Origin: Myxococcales bacterium
GTDB taxonomy: Bacteria > Myxococcota_A > UBA9042
DNA length: 64,000 nt
Assembly: GCA_037441385.1 (NCBI GenBank)
Contig: JBBISH010000002.1
Location: 64,001-128,000 of the forward strand
Reading direction: 5' to 3'
The position numbers were made by a program, and so were the translations under genes. Under the pieces are notes generated by a model. The model had not been told where the DNA came from and searched no databases. It saw only the letters and a list, made by a program, of their open reading frames with translations. Position 1 is the first letter of the stretch. The number at the start of each line of letters is the position of its first letter. Positions 50,870 to 60,529 of the stretch are shown here, piece by piece.

Positions 50870-51331
50870 ATGGCCATCCGATTTCGCGGCGAATACGAAC
50901 TGCGCGTCGACGACAAGGCGCGGTTGGCGATTCCGGCGAGCTATCGGCAAGCCCTTGATCAGGCTGGCGATCGCCGGTTGATCCTGGTCAAGTCAACCTC
51001 GGCCAAGTGCCTGCAGGCCTGGCCGCAGAGCGACTGGGAAGCCTACGAAGACAGGATTCTTGCCCTGGCAGCCAGCGAGCCGACTGCGCTCAAGCTGCTG
51101 CGATTCCAGGTGGCCGGCAACGCGCAAGTTGAGCCGGATTCGCATGGACGGGTGGTGCTGCCGCCAACGCTGCGCGCGTATGCCGGCATCGACCCGAGTG
51201 GCGAGGTGGTAGTGGCGAGCCTTATCAACCGCTTTGAGATTTGGGCCCGCTCGCGCTGGCAAGCCGAGCAGAACCAGATCGAGGGCGACCTGCCGAATTG
51301 GAGCGCCGACTTGGCGCGCCTGGGCTTGTAA
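50870..51331 (+). CDS. mraZ: Division/cell-wall cluster repressor MraZ
   Basis: FRGEY...DDKARLAIP and DSHGRVVLP duplicated AbrB-like motifs, FEIW. Confidence 0.93.
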   Translation: MAIRFRGEYELRVDDKARLAIPASYRQALDQAGDRRLILVKSTSAKCLQAWPQSDWEAYEDRILALAASEPTALKLLRFQVAGNAQVEPDSHGRVVLPPTLRAYAGIDPSGEVVVASLINRFEIWARSRWQAEQNQIEGDLPNWSADLARLGL

Positions 51332-51392
51332 GGTGGGCAAGAAGCGCCCCTTCCGCCCCGCCAATTCCGGTCGCCGCGAGCGCGGACCGGCC

Positions 51393-52430
51393 TTGACAAT
51401 TCAGCTTGACGGGTCAACTGAGCCCGCCGGAACCGCCCAAGCTGGCCCAGAGGGTGCGAGCCCAGGTCCGAGCAACGAAGGCACGTCGTTTCAGCATATT
51501 ACCGTGCTAAGGAACGAGGTGGTCGCGGCGGTCCAGCGCGCCGCCAGCCTGAGCACCGACGAGCCCCAGTGGGTGGTGGACTGCACGTTGGGCGGCGGTG
51601 GCCACAGCGAGGCGATCTTGCAGGCCTTGCCGCAGGTTCGCCTGCTGGGCCTGGACCGGGATCCGGCGGCGCTGCAGGCTGCGACCGCGCGCCTGGTCAA
51701 CTTCGGCGATCGATTCGTGTGCGAGCACGCCGAGTTCGCCGAGCTGCAGCAGGTCTGGGCACGCCGACAACTGCCGCCGCTCTTGGCGGTGGTGGCGGAC
51801 CTGGGGGTGTCGTCGCACCAGTTCGACCGGCCCGAGCGCGGCTTCTCGCTGCGGCTCGACGGTCCGCTGGACATGCGCATGGACCCCAGCCGCGGCCCTA
51901 CCGCCCTGGAACTGCTTGCGGACGTGCGCCTGGAAGATCTGGCCGACGTGCTCTACGAGTACGGCGATATCCAGCGCTCGATCGGCACTGCGCGGATCCT
52001 GCTGGAGGAAGTCCAGGCCGGCGCGACCACCACGGCCCGGCTGGCCGATCGATTGGCGGCGCGACTTGGGCGTTCGCGCTCGATTCACCCGGCGACGCAG
52101 GTCTTTCAGGCCCTGCGAGTATGGGTGAACGGCGAGTATCGCCAGGTGCGAGCGCTGTTGGCGCAGGCACCTGGGCTGCTTGCTCCCGGCGGGGCGCTGG
52201 CGGTCATCAGCTTCCACTCGGGCGAGGATCGCCCCGTCAAGCAGACCATGGCCGAATTGGGTAAGCGCGGTGGGGAGTTCTGGCTCCCGCAGCGCAAGCC
52301 GGTCCTGCCCAGCGAGCAGGAGCAACAGCAGAACTCAAGGTCGCGCAGCGCCAAGCTACGAGTTCTGCACAAGAAGTCGCACCAGGATCCCGAACCGGAT
52401 TTGCCGGACGACGACCCCGACGACGCGTAA
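51393..52430 (+). CDS. rsmH: 16S rRNA m4C1402 methyltransferase (start uncertain)
   Basis: HITVL, DCTLGGGGHS, DLGVSSHQFD..ERGFS, PLDMRMD, FQALR, ISFHSGED, RSRSAKLR. Confidence 0.95.
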   Translation: MTIQLDGSTEPAGTAQAGPEGASPGPSNEGTSFQHITVLRNEVVAAVQRAASLSTDEPQWVVDCTLGGGGHSEAILQALPQVRLLGLDRDPAALQAATARLVNFGDRFVCEHAEFAELQQVWARRQLPPLLAVVADLGVSSHQFDRPERGFSLRLDGPLDMRMDPSRGPTALELLADVRLEDLADVLYEYGDIQRSIGTARILLEEVQAGATTTARLADRLAARLGRSRSIHPATQVFQALRVWVNGEYRQVRALLAQAPGLLAPGGALAVISFHSGEDRPVKQTMAELGKRGGEFWLPQRKPVLPSEQEQQQNSRSRSAKLRVLHKKSHQDPEPDLPDDDPDDA

Positions 52431-52618
52431 GAAAGACGATTACTGTCAACCATTTGGAGCAAACTCGCGATTTTCTTGACCGGATCCTGCAACGACCGAT
52501 AAAGATTGGTGCGGTGACCTGGCCGCAGACAAGTGCGCAGCGACACGAACGATCTGCTGCATAAACTGGGTGCACACAGCGAGTGCGCCAGCCTGGACCG
52601 AACCCTGGGGAGCCCGCC

Positions 52619-53095
52619 GTGACCAGTCCCGACAACGACCGCCTCAGCCCCTTGGACGACGACGCGCAAGACGACGCGGCCGGCGAGTCCGGGTACGACG
52701 ACGGTGTGGCGATGGCCGAAAACAGCGGGGATACGCCAGCTAAGGTCTCGACTTTGCAGCGTGTCTGGCAGTTCCTGCACCGCCCGTCGCCGACCCAGAC
52801 CGAGCGTGCGCGCCGCTCGGAGCAGCACTTCTGGCTGCGCGTGGTCGTGCTGCTGACGTTCTTTGGCGGGGTAGCGGCCCTGGGCATTCTGCGCGTCAAG
52901 CAGACCACCAAGGGAGTGCGCACGGCCTACGAATTGGTCAAGACGACCGATGAGTTGCGCGTGCAGATCGAGGAGAACCGCCGGCTAGAGGCCCAACTGA
53001 CCGGCCTGAAGAACCCGAACGAGCTGCGCAAAGAGGCGGCGGAACGCTTCGACATGCGCGCCCCGGCCGCGACCGACCAAGAGGAGATCGATTGA
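52619..53095 (+). CDS. ftsL: Cell division protein FtsL-like
   Basis: Single TM plus leucine heptad coiled coil (ENRRLEAQLTGLKNP..L...A...FDM..P); position after rsmH; GGGGAG RBS. Confidence 0.8.
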   Translation: MTSPDNDRLSPLDDDAQDDAAGESGYDDGVAMAENSGDTPAKVSTLQRVWQFLHRPSPTQTERARRSEQHFWLRVVVLLTFFGGVAALGILRVKQTTKGVRTAYELVKTTDELRVQIEENRRLEAQLTGLKNPNELRKEAAERFDMRAPAATDQEEID

Positions 53096-53898
53096 TGCCT
53101 GACCACAACCCCATATTCCGCCTGCGTTTTGCTGGCGTCGTCTTGGCCGCACTGGCCATGGCGTCGGGGTTGCTTGGTGGGTGCTCGTCGGCCGAGGTCG
53201 AGAAGCAGCAGCGCCTGGAGCAGGCTGACTTCCATTATCGCTTGGCAAACGGCTACTTCCATGCCGGCAGCGTCGATCTGGCCATCCGCGAGCTGATCTC
53301 GGCGCTGGAAATCGAGCAGAGCCACGCGGACAGCCGCTACCTCTACGGTTTCATCCTGTTTGGCCGCAAGCGCTACGAGGAAGCCGCGGAGCATTTCCGC
53401 AAGGCCCTGCAAAGCAAGCCGGACTTCTACGCCGCCCGCAACATCTTGGGCGCGACCTACATCGAGCTGGAGCGCTACTACGACGCCGTCGCGACTCTGG
53501 AGCCGCTGACGCGCGAGCCGCGCTACACCACGCCGTTCCATGCCTACAACAACTTGGGTTTGGCCTACTTCCGTCAGGGCGACCTGCGTCAGGCCGAAAA
53601 GAACTTCCGCATGGCGGTGTTCCACAACCCCAAATTCTGTCAGGGATACCGTAACTTGGGCCTGGTCCACGTGGCCCAGCGCGACTACGCCGCGGCGGTG
53701 GAGCAACTAACCGAGGCCGTGACACGTTGCCCGCGTTATGCCGAGCTCCACCTGCAGCGCGGCGAAGCCCTGGAGGCCGACCGCCGTTTTGACGAGGCCG
53801 ACAAAAGTTTCCAGAAGTGCGCCGATCTGGCCGGGGACACCCCCATTGGTCGGCGCTGCAAGGCCAGGCTGCGCGGGGCGGCCGGTGGGGGCGGCTAG
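53095..53898 (+). CDS. TPR lipoprotein, Tgl/PilF/PilW pilotin-like
   Basis: Lipobox LLGG-C, about 6 TPRs, ARNILGATY, PRYTTPFHAYNNLG, paired cysteines; TGATG overlap with ftsL. Confidence 0.8.
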   Translation: MPDHNPIFRLRFAGVVLAALAMASGLLGGCSSAEVEKQQRLEQADFHYRLANGYFHAGSVDLAIRELISALEIEQSHADSRYLYGFILFGRKRYEEAAEHFRKALQSKPDFYAARNILGATYIELERYYDAVATLEPLTREPRYTTPFHAYNNLGLAYFRQGDLRQAEKNFRMAVFHNPKFCQGYRNLGLVHVAQRDYAAAVEQLTEAVTRCPRYAELHLQRGEALEADRRFDEADKSFQKCADLAGDTPIGRRCKARLRGAAGGGG

Positions 53899-53901
53899 AC
53901 C

Positions 53902-56403
53902 ATGCAACGCTCGATCCGAAATCTGGTACGCGGGGTCTTCCACCTGATCGACCGGGCCGGCAACAGCCCGTCGGCGCGGGCCGATCGCGCCAACCGCCGG
54001 CTCAAGTCGGTGGCGATCCTGATGGGCGCCTACATCATCGCGGCCTACTGCGCGGCGGTGGTGATGGTCATCAACGTAGACGGGGTGCGCAAGTACGCGG
54101 AAGGCAATGTGATGCTCCGCACGCGCGTCGAGACCCGCCGCGGGGATCTGGTCGACCGCAATGGCGTGACACTGGCGACCTCGCTGCGGGCCGACTCCGT
54201 GTCCGTCAACCCGCGCTGGCTGTTGCCGGGCGGCAAAAAGCCCAAGGACGACTGGGCCTTCAACTCCGCCAACGCCAAGGCCTACCGCGAGAAGGTGGCC
54301 GCGACGCTGGGCGAGTTGCTCAATCGGCCTGTCGAAGACCTGCTCGAGCGCGTCAACCGCGACACCGGCTTTGTCTATCTGGCCAAGAACATCAGCTACG
54401 TCCAGGCCGAGGCGGTGCGCATCGCCCTGAACGAGGGGCGGCTGCCCAAGGGCGTGACGCTCGAGCGCGAGTTTCAGCGCTTCTACCCCAACAATATGCT
54501 GGCGGGACCGCTGGTTGGGCGCCCGAGCCAGACCGGCAGCATCGAGGCCAGTTTCGACGGCTTGTTGCAGGGTCAGCAGGTCGAAATGCGGACGTACAAG
54601 GACTCAGCGGCCACGCCGATGTACCTGGACGGCGCGCCCGAGCCCAGCATCTACGGCGGCAAGTCGCTGGTGCTGACCATCGACGAGAAAATCCAAGCAG
54701 TGGCCGAGCATCACTTGGACGGGTCGGTGCAAGAATTCGGCGCAGCTTTTGGCATCGCTGCGGTGCTGGATGTCGAGACGAGTGAAATCCTGGCCCTGGC
54801 CACCTCGCCGTCGCTGAACCCCAACGACAGCAAGAACCCGCCCAAATACGGTTGGCACAATCCGGCGCTCGAGAATCAATACGAGCCGGGCTCTACCTTC
54901 AAGATCTTCAATCTGGCGATCGGCCTGGAAGAGAAGAAGGTCACGTTGGACGAGATCATCCCGGCCGGTGCCGGTTTTGCCCTGCCCGGCAAGATCATCA
55001 AAGACGACCACCCGCACGGCCAAGTGACCGGCAAGCAGTCGCTGCAGGTGTCCAGCAACATCGCCAACTGCAAGATCGCCATGCGCGTCAACCGCGAGCA
55101 CTACTACAACTACTTGACAGGCCTTGGCTTTGGCCGGCGCGTCGATCTGGGCATCATCGGCGAGAGCAATGGCCAACTGGCCAAGCCCGAAAAGTGGTCG
55201 CTCGTGCAGTTCTGCAACATCGGCTTTGGTCAGGGCGTGGCGACTACGCCGATGCAAATGGTGTCCGCGGTGGCAACGGTGGCCAACGGTGGCGTGTACC
55301 GGCGGCCGCGGTTGATCAAGCAAGAAGTGCGCGCCGACGGCAAGATCGACCGCGAGATCGGCCAGGATCCGGGGCGGCGGGTGTTTTCAGAGAACACGGC
55401 CAAGCAGGTCCTTGAGGCCATGGCCGCGGTGACCCAGCCGCGCGACCCCAAGGACCCGCACAGCCTGTCGGGCACGGCCACCAAGGCGCGCCTGCCCAAC
55501 TACTCGATCGGTGGCAAGACCGGCACGGCTCAACAGGCTGAGAATGGTCACTATTCGGACACGCACTGGGTGGGCTCGTTCATCGGGGTTGCGCCGATCG
55601 AGAAGCCGCGCCTGGTCATCTTCGTCGCCATCGACACGCCGACCAAGTACGACGAGCGCCTGGGCAAGATCGCCCGCTATGGCGGCATCGTGGCGGCGCC
55701 GGTCGCCCGCGAAATCGCCCGCTTTGCCTTGCCTTACCTGGGTGTGCCGGCCAGCCCCGGGGCCCCGTACCTGGACCGCGACGACCCTGAGAAGGCCCGC
55801 GCGCTCGACGCGGCCCACGCCGGCCAGGCCAAGAAGGCGGCCGAAAAGTTGGTGGCGGTGGCCGGGGGACCGGCGGTGCCGCCGGCGTTGGCGATGGATC
55901 TGCAGATGGCGCCTTCCGCAACGGCCGCCGCCGATCTGCCCGAGGACCAGGCGCGGGTGCCCGACGTGCGGACCCTGCCGATGCGCGTGGCGCGTCTGCG
56001 GATGGCGGCGGCGGGGCTGCACTTGGTGCCCCACGGCAGTGGTCTGGCGGTCAAGCAGGATCCGGCGCCTGGCCAGCAGGTCGCGAAGGGCAGCGCCGTC
56101 AAGGCCGATTTTGCCCGCCTGAGCGACGCTATCGAGGCCGAAGCGGCGCCCGCCAGCGCGGAGCCCGGTGGGCCTTCGGCAGGGGCGGCACCGCCCAAGG
56201 CGCCCGAGCCGGCCAAACCGGCGGCTCCCAGCGGCGATGCGGCCAAGCCCGCAGCCGCCAAGCCTGCGGCAGCAAAGCCCGGACCCGCTCAGCCCAATCC
56301 GGCCAAACCGGCCAAACCGGCTGCGGTCAAACCCGCAGCCCCAGCCAAGCCTGCAGCGCCTGTCAAACCCGCCGCCCAGCCGGCCGCCAACAAGAAGCTC
56401 TAG
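53902..56403 (+). CDS. ftsI: Class B penicillin-binding protein (FtsI) with PASTA domain and Pro/Ala/Lys-rich tail
   Basis: RGDLVDRNG, RFYP, LTID, YEPGSTFK, SSN, GKTGTAQ. Confidence 0.93.
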   Translation: MQRSIRNLVRGVFHLIDRAGNSPSARADRANRRLKSVAILMGAYIIAAYCAAVVMVINVDGVRKYAEGNVMLRTRVETRRGDLVDRNGVTLATSLRADSVSVNPRWLLPGGKKPKDDWAFNSANAKAYREKVAATLGELLNRPVEDLLERVNRDTGFVYLAKNISYVQAEAVRIALNEGRLPKGVTLEREFQRFYPNNMLAGPLVGRPSQTGSIEASFDGLLQGQQVEMRTYKDSAATPMYLDGAPEPSIYGGKSLVLTIDEKIQAVAEHHLDGSVQEFGAAFGIAAVLDVETSEILALATSPSLNPNDSKNPPKYGWHNPALENQYEPGSTFKIFNLAIGLEEKKVTLDEIIPAGAGFALPGKIIKDDHPHGQVTGKQSLQVSSNIANCKIAMRVNREHYYNYLTGLGFGRRVDLGIIGESNGQLAKPEKWSLVQFCNIGFGQGVATTPMQMVSAVATVANGGVYRRPRLIKQEVRADGKIDREIGQDPGRRVFSENTAKQVLEAMAAVTQPRDPKDPHSLSGTATKARLPNYSIGGKTGTAQQAENGHYSDTHWVGSFIGVAPIEKPRLVIFVAIDTPTKYDERLGKIARYGGIVAAPVAREIARFALPYLGVPASPGAPYLDRDDPEKARALDAAHAGQAKKAAEKLVAVAGGPAVPPALAMDLQMAPSATAAADLPEDQARVPDVRTLPMRVARLRMAAAGLHLVPHGSGLAVKQDPAPGQQVAKGSAVKADFARLSDAIEAEAAPASAEPGGPSAGAAPPKAPEPAKPAAPSGDAAKPAAAKPAAAKPGPAQPNPAKPAKPAAVKPAAPAKPAAPVKPAAQPAANKKL

Positions 56404-56410
56404 GATCATC

Positions 56411-59400
56411 ATGGACCTGCGCACGCTCATCGCCGCCGCCGAACTGCTGCCCGAAATGGCCGCCGGGGCCGATCTATCGGTCGCGGTGACGGGTGTGACG
56501 GCGGACTCGCGGCGCGTGCAGCCGGGCTCGGTATTCGTGGCCGTGTCGGGCGCGCGCCATCGCGGCATCGACTTCGTGCCGGCGGCGCTCCAGGCGGGCG
56601 CGGTGGCCGTGGTGGTGGATTCGGCACCGACTGCCGAGCAGCGCCGCATCTGGAACATCCCCATCCTGTTGGTAAACGACGCGCGCGCCGCCGTTGGGCC
56701 GCTGTGCAGTGCCTGGCATGGTCATCCCAGCCGGAGTATGCAAGTTATTGGAATTACGGGAACCAACGGCAAGACCACCACGACCGTGCTGATTGCCCAA
56801 CTTCTGACGGCGGCTGGGCACAAGGCGGCGGCCCTGGGCACCATCGGCCTGTGGACGCCAGACGGCGAGCGCCCCAGCAAGCTGACCACGCCCGATGCCG
56901 AGGACCTGCAAAAGACCTTGGCCGGCTTGCGCGACGAGGGCTTCAGCCACGTCGCCATCGAGGTCAGCAGCCACGCCCTGGACCAGCACCGGGTGGCCGG
57001 GGTGGCGTTTGCCGCCGCTGCGTGGACCAACCTGTCGCGCGATCACCTGGACTACCACGGCACCGAGGATCACTACGCGGCCGCCAAGGCAAAGCTCTTC
57101 AGCGACTACCGAATCTTGCCCGAGCGCGCCTTTGTCAATGGCGACGATCCGCGCGCCATGCAGCCCAGCGAGCGCGCCCAGGCCCAGGCTTGGAGCTTGG
57201 GTGGCAACCCGGCGGCGGAGCACCAGGTCGAAGGGCTGCGCTGCGACGCGACGGGCCTACAACTGGTCCTGCGCAGCTACGGCCACCGCGATCTGCCGCT
57301 CCAAGCCCCGCTGATCGGCCGGCACAATGCCGAAAACCTGGCGGCGGCAGTGTTGGTGGTGCGCGCGCTGGGTGTGGCCGACGCCGACATTCAAGCCGCG
57401 GCGCGGGCACTAGCGGCCCCTCGCGGCCGGCTGCAGCCGGTGGCCAATCAGCGCGACGCGCTGATCGTGGTCGACTACGCCCACACGCCCGACGCCTTGG
57501 TCCAGGTCCTGAAGGCGCTGCGGCCACTGGTGGGTCCTGGGCGGCGGCTGCTGGTGACCTTTGGTTGCGGCGGCGATCGCGACGCTGGCAAGCGCCCGCA
57601 GATGGGGCAAGTGGCCGCTGAGCTTGCCGATTTCACAATCGCCTCCTCAGACAATCCGCGCTCAGAGGCGCCGGAAGCGATCTTGGACGCCATCGTCGCG
57701 GGTCTGCGGCAGGCCGGTGCGGTGGCCGTGGGTGAACCGAACCTCACGATGGTCGACCAGTTGGGCAGCCACCACGGCTACTGGCCCTGCGTCGACCGCG
57801 CCGAAGCGATCCGCCGGGCGGTGGCACTGACCCGAGCCGGCGATGTGCTGTGCATCGCGGGCAAAGGTCACGAAACGACTCAAACGATCGGTGCAGTCGT
57901 GCGGCACTTCGACGACGTGCAAGAAGCGGCGCGCTGGCTGCAGCCGACCCACCGCGTACCCGCCAAGGTCCCCTTGGGTTTCGCCTTTGACAGCAGCACC
58001 GCCCGCGCCGTAGCGGACGGCACAGTGATCTGCGGCAGCGAGCGCTGGACCAACGCGCTGTGCACCGACAGCCGCACCGTCGCCGCCGGCAACCTGTTCG
58101 TCGCCCTGCCCGGCGAGTCGTTCGACGGCGGCCTGTACGTCGGCGATGCCCTGTCCAAGGGCGCGGTGGGCGTCGTCTGTGCGCGTGGACGCGGCGAGCC
58201 GCACGCGACGCTGGCTGCAGAGCGCGGCGCCTGGCTGCTGGAAGTGGACGACCCGCTGCGCGCCTTGGCGGATCTGGCCGCGGCCTATCGCAATCGCTTT
58301 GAACTCCCGGTGGTTGGCATCACCGGCAGCAATGGCAAGACGACCACCAAAGAGCTGACGTCGTTGGCCCTTTCGCCCCTGGCGGGCGAGGGGCAGGCCG
58401 TGCTGGCGACCCAGGGCAACCACAACAACCGCATCGGCGTCCCGCTGACGCTGGCACGCCTGACGCCGCAGCACGCGGCCGCCGTCGTCGAGATGGGGAT
58501 GAGCATTCCCGGCGAGATCGCCGAGTTGGCCCGGGCGGCGCGGCCGCAGTTGGCCCTCATCACCTCTGTGGCCGAAGCGCACCTGCTGGGCATGGGTACG
58601 GTGCAGGCGATCGCCGACGAGAAGTTCGACGCCGTTCGCGCGTTGCCGCCGTCGGGTGTGGCGATTCTGCCGAGCGAAGAGCCCCTGCTGCGGGCGCTGG
58701 CGGGCGAACTGCGCTGCAAGATCGTGTACTTCGGTCGGCGCAGCGGCGACGTTCACCTGGCCAGCGAGGTGGCGGTGGGCGGACTGGACAGCGATGCGCC
58801 CTGGCAGCGCTTTGACGTGCGGGTCGGCCAGCAGATCATGAGCGTGAAGCTGCCGGGGCTGGGCGTGCATCTGGCGGACCTGACGCTGGCGGCACTGGCG
58901 GCGGCGTGGCAGCTGGGCGTGGATTTGCCCAGTGCGGCCAAGGCGTTGTCGGCCTACCGCCCGGTGGGTCAGCGGATGCTGCCCGAGCGAATCGGTGGCT
59001 GGCTCGTCCTGCAGGATTGCTACAACGCCAACCCGCGCTCGACCGAAACGGCCATCGACACGCTGACTTGTCTGCCCGGTCCCCGAGCGGCGGTGTTGGG
59101 CTCTATGCTCGAGCTGGGTCCGCGCGAGGCCGAGTTGCACGCGCAGGTGGGACGCCATGCGGCGCGCCGCGGCGTGGATCTGCTCATCGCCGTGGGACCG
59201 ATGGCGCCGGCCTACCAGCAGGGCGCGCAAGGCCAAGGGACCACACGCGTCTTGACCTGCGCCAGCCACGCGGAGGCGGCCGAGCTGCTCGCACGCCACC
59301 ACAGCGGCGGAACGGTGCTGATCAAGGGTTCGCGCGGGGCGCGGATGGAGAACGTGGTCAACGCGCTGCGCCAGCACGCGGGCCAGGCCAGCCACGCCGC

Positions 59401-59416
59401 CCAAGGGGGGTGCTAG
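56411..59416 (+). CDS. murEF: MurE-MurF fusion ligase (1001 aa)
   Basis: MurE: GTNGKTT, TTP, EVSSH, DYAHTPD, GCGGDRD, DNPR, AGKGHE; MurF: DSR, GSNGKTTTKE, NNRIGVP, D.YNANP, KGSRG; no stop between them. Confidence 0.95.
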   Translation: MDLRTLIAAAELLPEMAAGADLSVAVTGVTADSRRVQPGSVFVAVSGARHRGIDFVPAALQAGAVAVVVDSAPTAEQRRIWNIPILLVNDARAAVGPLCSAWHGHPSRSMQVIGITGTNGKTTTTVLIAQLLTAAGHKAAALGTIGLWTPDGERPSKLTTPDAEDLQKTLAGLRDEGFSHVAIEVSSHALDQHRVAGVAFAAAAWTNLSRDHLDYHGTEDHYAAAKAKLFSDYRILPERAFVNGDDPRAMQPSERAQAQAWSLGGNPAAEHQVEGLRCDATGLQLVLRSYGHRDLPLQAPLIGRHNAENLAAAVLVVRALGVADADIQAAARALAAPRGRLQPVANQRDALIVVDYAHTPDALVQVLKALRPLVGPGRRLLVTFGCGGDRDAGKRPQMGQVAAELADFTIASSDNPRSEAPEAILDAIVAGLRQAGAVAVGEPNLTMVDQLGSHHGYWPCVDRAEAIRRAVALTRAGDVLCIAGKGHETTQTIGAVVRHFDDVQEAARWLQPTHRVPAKVPLGFAFDSSTARAVADGTVICGSERWTNALCTDSRTVAAGNLFVALPGESFDGGLYVGDALSKGAVGVVCARGRGEPHATLAAERGAWLLEVDDPLRALADLAAAYRNRFELPVVGITGSNGKTTTKELTSLALSPLAGEGQAVLATQGNHNNRIGVPLTLARLTPQHAAAVVEMGMSIPGEIAELARAARPQLALITSVAEAHLLGMGTVQAIADEKFDAVRALPPSGVAILPSEEPLLRALAGELRCKIVYFGRRSGDVHLASEVAVGGLDSDAPWQRFDVRVGQQIMSVKLPGLGVHLADLTLAALAAAWQLGVDLPSAAKALSAYRPVGQRMLPERIGGWLVLQDCYNANPRSTETAIDTLTCLPGPRAAVLGSMLELGPREAELHAQVGRHAARRGVDLLIAVGPMAPAYQQGAQGQGTTRVLTCASHAEAAELLARHHSGGTVLIKGSRGARMENVVNALRQHAGQASHAAQGGC

Positions 59417-60526
59417 ATGTTCCTTTGGCTGTCGAACACCTTCCGCGGCGAATTCGGGGCGCTCAATGTGTTCCGCTACGTCACCTTCCGCAGCATCGGC
59501 GCGGCGGTGACGGCGCTGGTGATTGCGCTGGTCCTGTACCCGCGCTTCATCAAGCTGCTGCAGGTCAAGCAGATCGGTCAGGTGGTCCGCGATGACGGGC
59601 CCGAGGCGCATCTGAGCAAGCGCGGCACCCCCACCATGGGCGGTGTGCTGTTGCTGTTGGCGATGCTGCTGGCGGTCGGCTTGTGGACGGACTTGAGCAA
59701 CATCTTCGTCTGGCTGACCTGCGCCATCACGGCGCTGTACGGCGTGGTGGGCTTCATCGACGACTGGCTGAAGATCCGCGACAAGAACAGCAAGGGTGTG
59801 ACCGAGCGCCAGAAGCTGGCGACCCAGTTCGGCGGCGCGCTGCTGGTGTTTGGCGCGATGTACTTCGGTGTATTCGGCAAGGAGTTGGCCGATACGCACC
59901 TGTACCTGCCGTTTGCCAGTACCCACCACTTCTCGATTGATATCGGGCCGTTCCTCTACGTGCCGTTCGCCGCGCTGGTGGTGTTCGCCACCTCGACGAC
60001 CGTGAATTTCACAGACGGTCAAGACGGCCTGGTCAGCGTGCCCGCGGCGGTGTCGGCGACGACCTTCGGCGTCCTTTGCTACCTGACCGGCGCCAAGTTC
60101 GGCAACTTCGAAGTGGCCAAATACCTCCTGATTCCCGAGGTCAAGGGCGTGCAAGAGCTAGCGGTGGTCTGCTCGGCGCTGGTCGGCGCGACCCTGGCCT
60201 TCCTGTGGTACAACGCCTACCCGGCGCTGGTTTTCATGGGCGATGTCGGGGCCTTGGCCCTGGGCGGCGCGCTGGGCATGGTGGCCGTGCTCTCCAAGAA
60301 CGAGCTGCTGAGCTTGGTGGTCAACGGCGTCTTCGTCGCCGAAGGCGCTTCCGTCGTGCTGCAGCGCTACTACTACCGCCGCACCAAGAAGCGGCTGTTC
60401 CGCATGGCGCCGCTGCACCACCACTACCAGAAGGCCAACATGCCAGAAAGTAGAATCACGGTGCGGTTTTGGCTGGTCTCCGTCATGTTGTCGCTGGTCG
60501 CGCTGGCCAGCTTGAAGTTGAGGTGA
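59417..60526 (+). CDS. mraY: Phospho-N-acetylmuramoyl-pentapeptide transferase
   Basis: KRGTPTMGG, GFIDD, NFTDGQDGL, VFMGDVG, MAPLHHH. Confidence 0.97.
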   Translation: MFLWLSNTFRGEFGALNVFRYVTFRSIGAAVTALVIALVLYPRFIKLLQVKQIGQVVRDDGPEAHLSKRGTPTMGGVLLLLAMLLAVGLWTDLSNIFVWLTCAITALYGVVGFIDDWLKIRDKNSKGVTERQKLATQFGGALLVFGAMYFGVFGKELADTHLYLPFASTHHFSIDIGPFLYVPFAALVVFATSTTVNFTDGQDGLVSVPAAVSATTFGVLCYLTGAKFGNFEVAKYLLIPEVKGVQELAVVCSALVGATLAFLWYNAYPALVFMGDVGALALGGALGMVAVLSKNELLSLVVNGVFVAEGASVVLQRYYYRRTKKRLFRMAPLHHHYQKANMPESRITVRFWLVSVMLSLVALASLKLR

Positions 60527-60529
60527 GCC

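Noticed and set aside
52431..52618. Internal dcw promoter in the AT-rich rsmH-ftsL spacer
   Set aside because: TTGACC at 52476 has only a weak -10 match; not supportable without TSS data
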